Below the pieces are notes generated by a model, which made no database searches, was not told the DNA's origin, and saw nothing but the letters and a program-made list of their open reading frames with translations. DNA of 62,896 nucleotides, counting the filler, from Nitrospinota bacterium (GTDB lineage Bacteria > JADFOP01), in the NCBI GenBank assembly GCA_022562795.1. It is 5 parts of 5 records of this genome, joined end to end, with 100 filler letters (N's around TTAATTAATTAA, not from the genome) between each part and the next. Parts side by side here need not be neighbours in the genome. Positions count along the whole stretch, not along the records: positions 30,155 to 52,792 come from JADFOP010000037.1; positions 52,893 to 57,860 come from JADFOP010000071.1; positions 57,961 to 62,896 come from JADFOP010000072.1; 2 more parts are not named here. The stretch is one strand, 5' to 3'. Position numbers and translations under genes: made by a program. Below, in pieces: positions 48,904-60,014 of this stretch (position 1 is its first letter; each line of letters opens with the position of its first letter).

Positions 48904-49482
48904 AATGGCGATCTTCCTCTTTTACGCCCGTTGTTCGATTGGTGCCTGCCTTCGCCCCGGGTGCTCTAAAGCGCCCCATCGAAGTATAGCACCTTTTCGC
49001 GCGACATAGCTTACACGAATTTTGGCCGCCTTAGCAAGTATATTGGTTCGTTCTAATTAGAAAGATTGCCCCATGTCTTCTCGACGGGCCAGTACGACCT
49101 TCCAGGGTTTAAATATCATCAATCGACCAACAATGGAATTTGACCCAAACCCCTCAGGGGGATCCTGGGCGGCTCCGGGCATTAGCTTTCTTCTATATAG
49201 GGCCTTCCGCAACAGGTCGCATTGACATTAGTCAAGTGAAGGTGCTTTTTGATTGGGATGGAGAATGGTTCTTTACCCACCATACTCGACCATTGGGTAT
49301 GAGTGCATTTTATTGCCTAGAGCTTTGAAATGGCCCTTTTAAAGGTAATCCCTTTGCATTCAAGCTACAAGCTTGTTTGATTTCCACTCCCTTTCGTGCC
49401 CAGAAAGCCCCCCTTGACCCTTGACATCTACGCAAAAAAATCCATATTTACAATAGGTTAGACCGGTGAGGGATCGATCGAC

Positions 49483-50685
49483 ATGAATCTGCCCATCTAC
49501 ATGGATAACCACGCCACAACTCCTGTCGACAGGCGGGTCCTGGAGGCGATGCTTCCCTACTTTTGCGAGGATTACGGTAACGCCGCAAGCCGAAACCATT
49601 CATTTGGTTGGCGGGCCGAGGAGGCCGTAGGGCGGGCCAGGGAGCAGGTCGCCCGGCTGATAGGAGCCAAGCCCAGGGAAATTATCTTCACCAGCGGGGC
49701 GACCGAGAGCGACAACCTCGCTTTGAAGGGCGTGGCCGAGATGTATCAAGAGAAGGGCGATCACATCATCACCCAGGTGACCGAGCATAAAGCTGTTCTC
49801 GATACCGCCAAGCGGCTTGAGCGCCAAGGCTTCGAGGTCACCTATCTGCCGGTTGACCGAGAAGGGTTGGTAGACCCGGACGACGTTCGGCGTGCGTTCA
49901 GGGAGACGACTATTCTCATCTCCATCATGGCGGCCAACAACGAGATCGGCACACTCCAGCCGGTGGAGGAGATCGGCCGGATCGCCAAGGAGCGGGGAGT
50001 GCTGTTCCACAGCGACGCGGCCCAGGCATTGGGCAAAATACCTGTCGATGTAAGAGCCTGGGGGACGGATCTTGTGAGCCTGAGCGCCCACAAGATGTAC
50101 GGGCCGAAGGGGGTGGGTGCTCTCTACGTTCGGCGCCTAGACCCCCGGGTGCGGCTCTCCCCGATGATGGACGGCGGGGGCCACGAGCGTGGCATGCGGA
50201 GCGGCACCCTTGACGTGCCGGGCATCGTTGGGTTCGGAGCGGCTTGCGAGCTGGCTTACCGGGAGATGGAAGCTGAGGCCGAGCGGATTCGGGCGCTGAG
50301 GGACCGGCTCCAGTCTGGCATCCTTTCCCATCTAGAGGAGGTCTACCTCAACGGCCACCCCGATCGGCGCCTTCCGGGCACGTGCAATCTGTCGTTCGCC
50401 TACGTGGAGGGCGAAAGCCTTGTTACGGGCCTCAACGATATAGCGCTCTCCAGCGGCAGCGCCTGCACATCGGTCGGCCATGAGTCCTCGCACGTGCTAA
50501 AGGCTCTGGGGCTGAACACGGAAATGATCAACTCGTCTCTCCGTTTCTGCCTCGGCCGGTTCAACACCGAAGAGGAGGTCGAATACGTAATTCAAAAGGT
50601 CAGGGAGGTCGTGGAGCGGCTCCGGGAGCTATCCCCCCTCTACGAGGGGACTAGGGATGGTCTTGACGTCTCCTCCGTTCTGTAG
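49483..50685 (+). CDS. iscS: Cysteine desulfurase
   Basis: [37 protein letters not shown]. Confidence 0.96.
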   Translation: MNLPIYMDNHATTPVDRRVLEAMLPYFCEDYGNAASRNHSFGWRAEEAVGRAREQVARLIGAKPREIIFTSGATESDNLALKGVAEMYQEKGDHIITQVTEHKAVLDTAKRLERQGFEVTYLPVDREGLVDPDDVRRAFRETTILISIMAANNEIGTLQPVEEIGRIAKERGVLFHSDAAQALGKIPVDVRAWGTDLVSLSAHKMYGPKGVGALYVRRLDPRVRLSPMMDGGGHERGMRSGTLDVPGIVGFGAACELAYREMEAEAERIRALRDRLQSGILSHLEEVYLNGHPDRRLPGTCNLSFAYVEGESLVTGLNDIALSSGSACTSVGHESSHVLKALGLNTEMINSSLRFCLGRFNTEEEVEYVIQKVREVVERLRELSPLYEGTRDGLDVSSVL

Positions 50686-50698
50686 TAAAAAGACAGTA

Positions 50699-50770
50699 AT
50701 TCCGGAAAATCGCGGAAAATCGCATCGGGGAAATTCCGGAAATTCCGGAAAATCGCGGAAAATCGCGGAA
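50699..50770. repeat. Tandem 10-mer array (CGCGGAAAAT)n
   Basis: About seven perfect or degenerate units between iscS and iscA. Confidence 0.85.
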
Positions 50771-50840
50771 AGAAGCATTATATTAATAAATGGAACGAAA
50801 TTCGATCCATTCGATACGGCGATATGAGAGGAGTTAAATA

Positions 50841-51164
50841 ATGGCGCTCGAGTTAACAGAGATTGCAGTAACGCAGGTAAAGGAGCTGATTGAGGGCCAA
50901 GGCAACCCAGACCTGAAGCTCCGAGTCGGGGTGAAGGGTGGAGGCTGCTCGGGCATGAGCTACACCCTGGCTCTCGATGCCCAACAGAAAGAGGGTGACG
51001 AGGCATTCACCTACGGCGACGTCACAGTCTTGGTGGACATGAAGAGCTACCTCTTCTTGAACGGCACCACCTTGGACTACGTCGAAGACATCATGGGCGG
51101 GGGCTTCAAGTTCGAGAATCCGAACGCCCAGCGAAGCTGCGGTTGCGGCAGCTCCTTTGCCTGA
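50841..51164 (+). CDS. iscA: A-type Fe-S carrier (IscA/ErpA)
   Basis: GGGCSGMSY, NPNAQRSCGCGSSF. Confidence 0.93.
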   Translation: MALELTEIAVTQVKELIEGQGNPDLKLRVGVKGGGCSGMSYTLALDAQQKEGDEAFTYGDVTVLVDMKSYLFLNGTTLDYVEDIMGGGFKFENPNAQRSCGCGSSFA

Positions 51165-51378
51165 GGGGCTAGCGGCCCTCGGGTTCCGTCTTCAACCACG
51201 CTGGCCCGCTTTCGGCGATGAAGGTGCCTTCGGCCTCCATCGAGACCTGATGTCGGCAGTACGCTAGACGCGAAACCTGCAGCCGGAGACCTATTCTTCG
51301 GGATTCCTTAGAAGATAATGATGAGAGGCAGCGGTCAGACGGCCCTGCCTCTTTCTGATTGAGGGGAAGGACCCGGCA

Positions 51379-52491
51379 ATGGAAACTCACTCCGATAGTC
51401 ATCTACCCCTGGAGGCGCTACACGAGGCCCTTGGCGCTGCCTGGCGGGAGCGGGAGGGCTGGCGCCTGCCGGCCCACTACGGCGACCCCGAGGCCGAGCA
51501 TCAAGCCGTTAGAGCCTCGGCCGGTCTGGTGGATGAGTCGGCCCGCGTCGTCCTTAGAGTGACCGGCAGCGATCGGGTGGAATTCCTCCATGGGCTTACC
51601 ACCAACCACATCAAAGAGATGAAGCCGGCCGAGGGTACATACAACGCCATGCTCACCCCGAAGGGGAGGGCGGTCGGGGAGCTCATCGTCTACGCCCTGG
51701 CCGACCACCTCCTGCTCGACATCCCCCCCGAGTGCGCCGATGCCGTCCAGAAGGCCCTCGATTTCTATCATTTCTCGGAAGAGGTCGAGTTCACCGATGT
51801 ATCGGCCCGCAGGGTCGTGCTCGGTCTTCACGGGCCCAAGGCCGCTGGATTGCTGGAGAAGGTCTCGACCTTCACCGTCAACGACCTGCCCGACTACCAT
51901 CTCCGGCGGGGGAGCCTCGGCGGAGTGGACGTCATGGTGGCCCGGGTCAACCGGACGGGAGAGGACGGCTTCGAAATCCACGGCCCAGCTGAGTCGGCCG
52001 AGGCGCTTTGGAAGGCGCTAATCGAGGGGGGAGCAGCCCCCGTGGGCCAGGAGGCGATGGAGACCTTGCGGATCGAAGCGGGCATCCCCCGGTTTGGGAC
52101 TGAACTGGATGAGCGGGTGATTCCCTGGGAGGCAGGCCTCGACCACGCCATCCACCTGAACAAGGGATGCTACGTCGGCCAGGAGGTCATCGCCCGTATG
52201 GAGTACCTGGGCAAGGTCGCCAGAAAGCTGGTGGCTCTTCGCCTCGAGGGTACGATCGTTCCCTCCGAGGAGGCCGAAGTCCGCGATGGAGACGAAGCCG
52301 TGGGCAGGGTTACGAGCGCGTGCGTTGGACCCACCGTGGGCGGGCCCGTGGCCTTGGCCTACGTCAAGCGCAACTGGGCCGAGGAGGGGACGGTCCTCGG
52401 CGTGGAGAACGATGGAGACATCTTGACCGCCACCGTGGCCAAACGGCCCCTGGCGGGATCCGTCCCCCCGCCGCGTGAGTCCCGTGGCTGA
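51379..52491 (+). CDS. ygfZ: YgfZ/GcvT-like folate-binding protein
   Basis: KGCYVGQE signature, TGEDGFE, LRIEAGIP. Confidence 0.85.
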   Translation: METHSDSHLPLEALHEALGAAWREREGWRLPAHYGDPEAEHQAVRASAGLVDESARVVLRVTGSDRVEFLHGLTTNHIKEMKPAEGTYNAMLTPKGRAVGELIVYALADHLLLDIPPECADAVQKALDFYHFSEEVEFTDVSARRVVLGLHGPKAAGLLEKVSTFTVNDLPDYHLRRGSLGGVDVMVARVNRTGEDGFEIHGPAESAEALWKALIEGGAAPVGQEAMETLRIEAGIPRFGTELDERVIPWEAGLDHAIHLNKGCYVGQEVIARMEYLGKVARKLVALRLEGTIVPSEEAEVRDGDEAVGRVTSACVGPTVGGPVALAYVKRNWAEEGTVLGVENDGDILTATVAKRPLAGSVPPPRESRG

Positions 52492-52545
52492 GCCGCGCCG
52501 CACCGACCCCCTATCACTCCTGATGAAAACCAACCGAGCATAGGC

Positions 52546-52792
52546 ATGATGACCGAGACGGCTGATATTTGCATCGTGGGTGGCGGCATCATCGGCTGCA
52601 GCCTGGCATTCGAGCTTGCCCGCGCCGGGCGGCAGGTGGTGGTGTTGGAGAGCGACCATGTGGGGAGCAAGGCGAGCGGAGAGGCCGCCGGCATGCTCAC
52701 CCCGCTCGCCGAGGCGGACGGCCCCGGCCCTTTCCTCGATCTCGGGCTCAAGGGCCAGGCCATGTTTCCCGAGGCCGAAGCGGAGCTCAAGG
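52546..52792 (+). CDS. FAD-dependent glycine oxidase (ThiO-like), cut by contig end
   Basis: IVGGGIIG, ASGEAAGML. Confidence 0.78.
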
Positions 52793-52892
52793 NNNNNNNN
52801 NNNNNNNNNNNNNNNNNNNNNNNNNNNNNNNNNNNNTTAATTAATTAANNNNNNNNNNNNNNNNNNNNNNNNNNNNNNNNNNNNNNNNNNNN
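52793..52892. other. Artificial contig linker
   Basis: N44-TTAATTAATTAA-N44. Confidence 0.99.
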
Positions 52893-54449
52893 CTGGCCGA
52901 TCCGGCCCTTAAGAAGGTGGGACACAACATCAAGTACGACTGGGTGGTGCTGGCCAACGCCGGCGTGGAGCTTAAGGGGGTTGCCTTCGACACCATGGTC
53001 GCCTCCTACGTGCTCAACCCCTCCCGCCGCCAGCACAACTTGGCCGGCCTTGTCCTCGAACACTTCAACTACACGATGACCACCTACGAAGATGTGGCCG
53101 GCAAGGGAGCGAAGCAGGTCTCATTCGACCAGGTGCCCATCGAGGCGGCGACGGCCTACGCCTGCGAGGACGCCGACTACACTCTTAGGCTCGCCGACGA
53201 GTTGAGCGCGGAAGTCGCCTCCGCCGCCATGGCTCCCCTCTTGTATGAGTTGGAGATGCCCCTCATCGAGGTGCTGGTGGCGATGGAGCGGTGGGGGGTG
53301 AAGATCGACGCCGCCGTCCTGCGGGATCTCTCCAAGGAGCTTGAGGGTCAGATTGAAGCTCTCGCAACGCGCATCTACACCCTGGCGGGAGAGGAGTTCA
53401 ACATTAAGAGCCCCGTTCAGCTTCGGGCCATCCTGTTCGAGCGGCTCGGGCTTCCCGTCCTTAAGCGGACAAAAACGGGCCCCTCTACCGACCATGAGGT
53501 CCTTGAGCAGCTCGCCCTACAGCACGACCTACCGGCGGAGGTCGTCAACTACCGGGCTCTGTCGAAACTCAAATCCACCTACGTCGACGCACTGCCGGCC
53601 CTCATCCACCCGGCCACCGGCCGCATTCACACCTCGTTCAACCAGACGGTCACCGCAACGGGCCGGCTCTCTTCCTCGGACCCGAACCTCCAGAACATCC
53701 CGGTTAGAAGCGAGGTCGGCCGTCGCATACGGCAGGCCTTCGTGGCGGAGGAGGGCTGGCGGCTCCTGTCGTGCGATTACAACCAGATTGAGCTCCGCAT
53801 CCTCGCACATCTCTCCAAGGACACGGTGCTTCTGGAGGCCTTCGCCGCCGGGGAGGACATCCACAACCTTACGGCCTCCGAGGTCTTTGGTGTGGGGCCG
53901 GCCGATGTCACCCCCGACCAGCGACGGGTGGCCAAGGTCGTAAACTTCGGCATCATCTACGGGCTCTCGCCTTTCGGGTTGGCCCGCGACCTCAAAGTCT
54001 CCCGCGAGGAGGCCCGGGAATACATCGACGGCTACTTCGCCCGCTACGCCCTGGTTAAGGACTACATCGAGGCCACGAAAGCCGAGGCGCACGAAAGGGG
54101 CTACGTCACCACCGTCCTGGGGCGTCGTCGCTACCTGCCGGAGCTGGCCAGCGCCGACCGGGTCACCAAGGAGATGGCCGAGCGGATGGCCGTCAACACA
54201 CCCATTCAGGGCTCTGCCGCCGACCTCATCAAAAGGGCCATGGTGGAGATTTACGGGGAGATAGTCGAGCGGGGCCTGGAGGCGAAGATGATTCTCCAGG
54301 TCCACGACGAGCTTCTCTTCGAGGTGCCCGACGACGAGGCCGACGAGGTCGAGAACCTCGTGGTTGATAAGATGGTCGGAGTCGTAGAGCTCGACGTTCC
54401 AATAACCGTTGATGCTAAATGGGGTAAGTCCTGGAGCGAAGCCCATTGA
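52893..54449 (+). CDS. polA: DNA polymerase I, C-terminal part
   Basis: GHNIKYD, TGRLSSSDPNLQNIP, DYNQIELRILAH, AKVVNFGIIYG, LQVHDELLFE. Confidence 0.97.
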   Translation: MADPALKKVGHNIKYDWVVLANAGVELKGVAFDTMVASYVLNPSRRQHNLAGLVLEHFNYTMTTYEDVAGKGAKQVSFDQVPIEAATAYACEDADYTLRLADELSAEVASAAMAPLLYELEMPLIEVLVAMERWGVKIDAAVLRDLSKELEGQIEALATRIYTLAGEEFNIKSPVQLRAILFERLGLPVLKRTKTGPSTDHEVLEQLALQHDLPAEVVNYRALSKLKSTYVDALPALIHPATGRIHTSFNQTVTATGRLSSSDPNLQNIPVRSEVGRRIRQAFVAEEGWRLLSCDYNQIELRILAHLSKDTVLLEAFAAGEDIHNLTASEVFGVGPADVTPDQRRVAKVVNFGIIYGLSPFGLARDLKVSREEAREYIDGYFARYALVKDYIEATKAEAHERGYVTTVLGRRRYLPELASADRVTKEMAERMAVNTPIQGSAADLIKRAMVEIYGEIVERGLEAKMILQVHDELLFEVPDDEADEVENLVVDKMVGVVELDVPITVDAKWGKSWSEAH

Positions 54450-54644
54450 CATCCATTGGCATTCGTTCCTCGGCAGCTTCTGGGGCAAAATGTCATACTC
54501 AAAATGCGTCCCTTGAGCCTCAAATTGTCATTTTGTCATATTAGGCGAGGATTTTATGCCTTAAGGATACAATAGGGCATTTCAAATCAGACAGTTTCGC
54601 AGGGGAGGGGATGCGATCTTTTTTTCGAATGTGCATTTTTTTCC

Positions 54645-54673
54645 TTGACAGGATGTCCCTGCAGGCTTATATT
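54645..54673 (+). promoter_or_regulatory. Near-consensus sigma70 promoter with no downstream ORF
   Basis: TTGACA-N17-TATATT, followed by a perfect 13-bp hairpin at 54714-54746. Confidence 0.6.
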
Positions 54674-54802
54674 ACTTTTGAACGCGAACAAACCTTCTAT
54701 CCAATTCCATTCGTTGAAAGCCAGCCCGGCCCAGGCTGGCTTTCAAGCATTTAGAGCAGGACTCCTCCTTAACTACATAGTTCTCCTCTTCACCACGCTT
54801 AA

Positions 54803-55225
54803 TTATCCCTCTCCTAAAATCTCCCCGCCGGGTTCTGGCTCATCAAGGAAAGCATGAGCCCTGGGAGCCTCCTCCCCTTCGGGGCGGGATGTGGGCGGCC
54901 CCGCTCGTTGGTGCACGCTACGCCACTCGCCAAGAGTCGGCCCCCAAGGGTTGAGGACCCGGTCAGGCCTGCCTGCCAGAAGCTGGTAGGGCGCGACCCT
55001 TAGAGCGCGGGCGGCGCCGAAGAGGAGCGGGACGGGAAGGCGCTCCCGGCCGGCCTCATAATCGTCGAGGGTCGCCTCGGGGATTCTGAGCCGCCGGGCC
55101 AATGAGACCGTTGAAACCCCCCCCGCCCGCCGGGCAGCGGCCAACTGGCCTCCCAGCAGGCGGCTTTCGGCCATAGAGAAATAGGCCCAGTCGTTATACA
55201 TCACCAAGTCGAAAACTCCTCCCAT
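54803..55225 (-). CDS. XRE-family HTH protein
   Basis: LGGQLAAARRAGGVSTVSLARRLRIPEATLDDYEAGR. Confidence 0.65.
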   Translation of the reverse strand: MGGVFDLVMYNDWAYFSMAESRLLGGQLAAARRAGGVSTVSLARRLRIPEATLDDYEAGRERLPVPLLFGAARALRVAPYQLLAGRPDRVLNPWGPTLGEWRSVHQRAGPPTSRPEGEEAPRAHAFLDEPEPGGEILGEG

Positions 55226-55446
55226 CCCTATTGACGAGCGGGGCAGGCCAATTCTTACCGTTGGTCCTAGGGTTTGGTCGAAATGATAATCGTCAAAGTA
55301 TCTTGGATCCCAAGTATCATCACTAGCGGTGTGGATTAAACGCTTATATTGATTTTGTAGGATTGCATGATAGAGTATGGATTCTTGAATAAGAGCAAAT
55401 ATTAATTTTAAATCATATCTCTTGAGTTGGGTTTTAAAAAAATACC

Positions 55447-56139
55447 ATGAAAAAACATTTTGAAGAATTGGTCGATAGGGTCAAGGCAGATCCACGTTAT
55501 GATGTGTTGAGCGAAGCTACAACGGGTATGGCGGGAAAGTGGATTATATATAGTGAGATCGTGCAGAAAAAACCGAGGCTCGTAATTGAAATTGGTACCA
55601 GTCATGGGCTTTCCACATTTTTCATAGCATCAGCCCTAAAATATAATAACCGGATAGATAGCGAGGTCATTACCATTGATCCTGAGAAATCAGAATTGGC
55701 CGAAACCTTTATTCGGGACAATGAGTTGGATGATTGTGTCACGTTTTTAAGCATGACGTCGGACGACGCGTTTGTGAAATATAAAGCCGAATGGAAAGAC
55801 AAGGTTGATATGGTGTTTATTGATGGAGACCATTCTTATGAAGGAGCGAAGAAGGATTTTTTGAACTGTCTGGATATTGTTTCCGATCAAGGGGCTATGC
55901 TGATGGACGATGCCTATGATTTAGGATCTAGAAAGAGACCGCGTTGCGGAAGGTATTTCAGAAAAATTAAAAATATCCATTATTGCGACCCCGACCCGGT
56001 GACTTGGAACAGCTTTGCAAAATGGTATAAATCCGAATATAGACCGGGCAGGGTCTACAAATCATCGATGGAATGGTTGGCTTTTATTACTAAGGCATAC
56101 ATACGAAAGAAATATAATAAACTCGTCCGGCCTGCATGA
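55447..56139 (+). CDS. Class I SAM methyltransferase (Methyltransf_24-like), AT-rich
   Basis: VIEIGTSHGLST, ITID, DMVFIDGDHSYEGAKKD, LMDD. Confidence 0.85.
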   Translation: MKKHFEELVDRVKADPRYDVLSEATTGMAGKWIIYSEIVQKKPRLVIEIGTSHGLSTFFIASALKYNNRIDSEVITIDPEKSELAETFIRDNELDDCVTFLSMTSDDAFVKYKAEWKDKVDMVFIDGDHSYEGAKKDFLNCLDIVSDQGAMLMDDAYDLGSRKRPRCGRYFRKIKNIHYCDPDPVTWNSFAKWYKSEYRPGRVYKSSMEWLAFITKAYIRKKYNKLVRPA

Positions 56140-56267
56140 CTGTATGGCCAAGTAGCATAAATCAAATTGGGGACCCGGTTGGGCCCGCCTCGTAAGCTCT
56201 GAGGGTTGCCTCGGGTCCGTTGCCTTTTCGCGCCCCCCAACCTAGGTTAAGATGGGGAGGGGGTGGT

Positions 56268-57860
56268 ATGACGATTACCGTTCCCGAAGAAGCCGTTCAG
56301 GCCAGGGGCCGCGCCCTGGCGGCCCGCATGACCGGGGATGAATCGACCCTGTTCAGCACCGATTGGTGGGGCGGCAAGCTCCTTAATTGGGCGATGGCCG
56401 ACGAGGCCACAAAGGTCGCCCTCTTCCGCTTCATCGACGCCCTTCCGAGCCTCTCGAGCCCCGCCGAGGTCGTCCGACACCTCCAGCAATACCTGGGCCG
56501 CCCCGAGGTCAAGGTTCCTGGATTCCTATCCTGGGGGCTCGACCGGCTGGAGCCCACCGGGATGCTCGCCCGCAGGGCGGCCGACCAGGTGGAGAAGAAC
56601 GTCGCCGAGCTCGCCCGGCGCTTCATCGTCGGCGAGACCCCCCGCGACTCCCTGCCCAGGCTCCGGGCCCTCTGGGACGCCGGTCGGCCGGTGACCGTCG
56701 ACCTGCTCGGCGAGGCCTGCCTGAGTGAGGCCGAGGCCGATGAATACCAGGCCCGCTACCTGGAGATCCTTACAACCCTCAACGCAGAGATGGCGACATG
56801 GACCCCTCGGCCGGGCGCCCCCGAGGGCCTCGGCCCTCCCTTAAACATCTCCGTCAAGCCCTCGAGCCTTGCCCCCTACCTGAATGCGGCGGCCCTGGAG
56901 GCCTCGGTGGAGCGAATCTTCGCCCGGCTCTTACCCATCGCCCAAGAGGCCCGAAGCGTCGGGGCCTTCATAAACCTCGACATGGAGCAGGTCCACCTCA
57001 AGGAGATCACCTTCGAGCTCTACCGAAGGCTCCTGGAGGAGCCGACGCTGAAGGGCTACGACGGCTTCGGCCTTGCAGTCCAGGCCTATCTTAAAGAGAC
57101 CGAGGACGACCTCGCGGGCCTCCTGGCCTGGGCGCGGCAGGGCGGACACCGTATCGCCATCCGGCTGGTCAGGGGCGCCTACTGGGATTACGAGACCATC
57201 TCAGCGCGCCTCAGGGGCTGGCCCTCTCCCGTCTACACCGAAAAGGCGGCCACCGACGCCTCCTACGAGCGGTGCATCCGTCTCCTTTTGGAACACGTGG
57301 ATGAGGCCCGTGTCGCCTTCGCCACCCACAACCTCAGAAGCATCGCCTACGGACTGGCGGCCGCAGAGGCTGCGGGCCTGGACCCCGGTGCCTGGGAGGT
57401 CCAGACCCTCTACGGCATGGCCGAGCCCCTCAAGGTGGCCCTCTCCTTAGAAGGTGTGGCCCTGAGAGAGTACGCCCCCATCGGAGAGCTCGTCCCCGGC
57501 ATGGCCTACCTCGTTCGCCGGCTTCTTGAGAATACGTCGAGCGAATCGATACTAACGCGGAAATTCCCGGAGGAAGAGGCGGTCGAGACGATTCTCGTTC
57601 CGCCCGCCCCGGCGGCGACCGGCGAGACGCACCCCGTCCCGCCCGAAGACCTGGGCGACCCGACCACCTGGCGGCCCTTCGCCAACGAGCCTCCGGCAGA
57701 CTTCGCCAAAAGCGAGGCCAGGTACGCCTTTGCCCGCGCCCTCGAGGCCGGCGAGGCCGCCTTCGGGGCGACCTTCCCCATCCTCGTAGACGGCGAGCCT
57801 GTCGAGACCGAAACCCCTCTGGTCTCGTTCAACCCGGCCCGCGAGGGGGTCGTCGTAGGG
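56268..57860 (+). CDS. putA: Proline dehydrogenase / P5C dehydrogenase, cut by contig end
   Basis: LFRFIDALP, VDLLGE, INLDME, IRLVRGAYWD, FATHN, MAYLVRRLLENTS, FANEP. Confidence 0.93.
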
Positions 57861-57960
57861 NNNNNNNNNNNNNNNNNNNNNNNNNNNNNNNNNNNNNNNN
57901 NNNNTTAATTAATTAANNNNNNNNNNNNNNNNNNNNNNNNNNNNNNNNNNNNNNNNNNNN
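57861..57960. other. Artificial contig linker
   Basis: N44-TTAATTAATTAA-N44. Confidence 0.99.
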
Positions 57961-58008
57961 CTCGCTGCTGCGCGGGTAGACGCTATAGCATCCGGGACTT
58001 GGCTTAAC

Positions 58009-58488
58009 GTGCGTTCGTTCAAGCCGGAGAAGTTCCATGAGACCGAACCAGACGAGATAAGCCGCAGGGTGAAATGGTACTACTGCCCGCATGTGCTTTC
58101 CGAATTTACACTACCATTCCTGGACATGGCTTACAGGTTCAACGTGCTCGATCTGCTTCAGGCTGACATGAGCCTTGGCTCAGCCTACACTGACGTGCTT
58201 TTCTCCGGTGCTCAGCCTACATCCACAGACTACTCGGAACAGCAATCTCACCGGCACTACTTGCAGTGTCTACACAGACAATGCTTCTTGGCCTCGCGAG
58301 GGTCGTACAAGGAGACCTTCAACGATCATCTTTCCGTACTCGACAACGCCGAATCTGTAATTGACGAACTTCACCTACGAGGCGTGCGTGGCCGAGACCG
58401 AGACTTTGGGAAATTTATCGACGTAAACAGCTCCGCTCTGACTGCTCTCGACCATGCAAGGGGATTCGTACTTGAGCGCATTTGGTGA
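58009..58488 (+). CDS. Hypothetical protein, likely 5'-partial
   Basis: Open frame at the contig start with lower GC; no recognised motif. Confidence 0.4.
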   Translation: MRSFKPEKFHETEPDEISRRVKWYYCPHVLSEFTLPFLDMAYRFNVLDLLQADMSLGSAYTDVLFSGAQPTSTDYSEQQSHRHYLQCLHRQCFLASRGSYKETFNDHLSVLDNAESVIDELHLRGVRGRDRDFGKFIDVNSSALTALDHARGFVLERIW

Positions 58489-58687
58489 AAGTTAATGACG
58501 TTAGGTTGGCTGGCTGAAATATAAACCTCCTTGGCCCTTTTCGCAACCACAAAGCAAAGAGGGAGACTTCCCTAGGAATCCTTAACTCCTCATAATTTAT
58601 TAAAAGTTGATCTTTCATCAGAAATCGCCCTTCGGCTACGCGGGCTTAGGGCATCATCCTTGCCTCCAACGTGGTAAGCTCCCCGCT

Positions 58688-59452
58688 ATGGACAAAGGGA
58701 CGGTCTTCTTCCCCGACCCCCACCTGGTCGGCACCCCAGCCGACTGGGGCATGGCCTACGAGGAGGTATGGTTCGAGGCGTCCGACGCCGTAAGGCTCCA
58801 CGGATGGTTCGCGCCCGCCCCGTCCGCCTCCGAGCGGCCGGCTACACTGCTTTGGTTTCACGGCAACGCGGGCAACATCAGCCACAGGCTGGAGAACCTC
58901 GCGCTGCTGCAGAGTAAGGTCGGCTGCGCCGTCTTGCTCTTCGACTACCGGGAGTACGGCTTAAGCGGCGGGTCGATCACGAAAGCGGGCACCTTCCTCG
59001 ATGCCGAGGCGGCCTACGAGGCCGCCGTCACGCGGGCCGAGGGCGGCCCCGAGCGGCTCGTGCTCTTCGGCCGGTCCCTGGGGACGGCCCTCGCCGTCCA
59101 CGTGGCGACTCGAATGCCCTGCGCCGGTGTCATCCTGGAGGCGGCCTTCACCTCGACGGCCGACATGCGGGCCCTCTACGGGGCTTTCCTGCCGCCGCCC
59201 TCCCCCGGCGAGGTCGCCTACGACTCCATAAGCCAGATCGACCGCGTGGCCGCCCCGCTGCTCTTCATCCACGGCGCCCACGACGCCGTCATCCCACCGG
59301 CCATGGGCCAGGCCCTCTACGACCAAGCGGGCGAGCCCAAGAGCCTCTACCTGGTGGAGGGCGCAGGCCACAACGATACCTACTGGACGGGAGGCGAGGA
59401 ATATTTTAGAAACATCGCCGCCTTCGTCCGGGAGTGTACGGGGGGTTGTTGA
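58688..59452 (+). CDS. Alpha/beta hydrolase (ABHD13/BEM46-like)
   Basis: FHGNAGNI, DYREYG, GRSLG, HGAHD, GAGHND. Confidence 0.9.
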   Translation: MDKGTVFFPDPHLVGTPADWGMAYEEVWFEASDAVRLHGWFAPAPSASERPATLLWFHGNAGNISHRLENLALLQSKVGCAVLLFDYREYGLSGGSITKAGTFLDAEAAYEAAVTRAEGGPERLVLFGRSLGTALAVHVATRMPCAGVILEAAFTSTADMRALYGAFLPPPSPGEVAYDSISQIDRVAAPLLFIHGAHDAVIPPAMGQALYDQAGEPKSLYLVEGAGHNDTYWTGGEEYFRNIAAFVRECTGGC

Positions 59453-59519
59453 AAGTCTCGTCTTCGAGGCCCAGATGTGGTACAAGGCCCCTTAAGAGCT
59501 CCAAGACGAGGAATGAGCC

Positions 59520-59939
59520 GTGGACCCACCCGCACCGACGAGCCCGTCCTACACCATCCTTGTCGTCGATGACCTTGAGGACAACCGAGACCTCCTTCGC
59601 CAGTGGTTGGAGCGCCACGACTACCAGGTGGTGGCCGCCGCCAGCGCCGAGGAGGCTTTCGAAAAGCTGGCCTCGGCGCCCATCGACCTGATATTGCTCG
59701 ATATACAGATGCCGAAGATGGACGGGTTCGAGTTCCTCCGGCGCCTTAGGAGCGACGAGCAGCTCCGCCATACACCGGCCATTTGCTTAACGGCCCACTT
59801 CTACGAGGCGGCGCACATAGCCGACGGCCTCACCTTCGCCTCGGGCTACTTTACAAAACCTTTTTCCTTCCGCGACCTGCTTACGAAGATGGAGGTGGTG
59901 CTGCAGACCCGCCGGCCCACCGACGCTTCGGCCCTTTGA
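59520..59939 (+). CDS. Single-domain response regulator
   Basis: ILVVDD, LLDIQMPKMDG, LTA, KPF. Confidence 0.9.
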   Translation: MDPPAPTSPSYTILVVDDLEDNRDLLRQWLERHDYQVVAAASAEEAFEKLASAPIDLILLDIQMPKMDGFEFLRRLRSDEQLRHTPAICLTAHFYEAAHIADGLTFASGYFTKPFSFRDLLTKMEVVLQTRRPTDASAL

Positions 59940-60014
59940 CACGCCCCAGCTATGAGCTATGCGTGGGCGGAGGTTCGGGGTAGGTGTGTGAGGGATATAC
60001 GTCGGTTTGGTTGG

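Noticed and set aside
54680-54800. Spot 42 homologue (also downstream of polA in enterobacteria)
   Set aside because: Positional coincidence only; no sequence similarity I can recognise.
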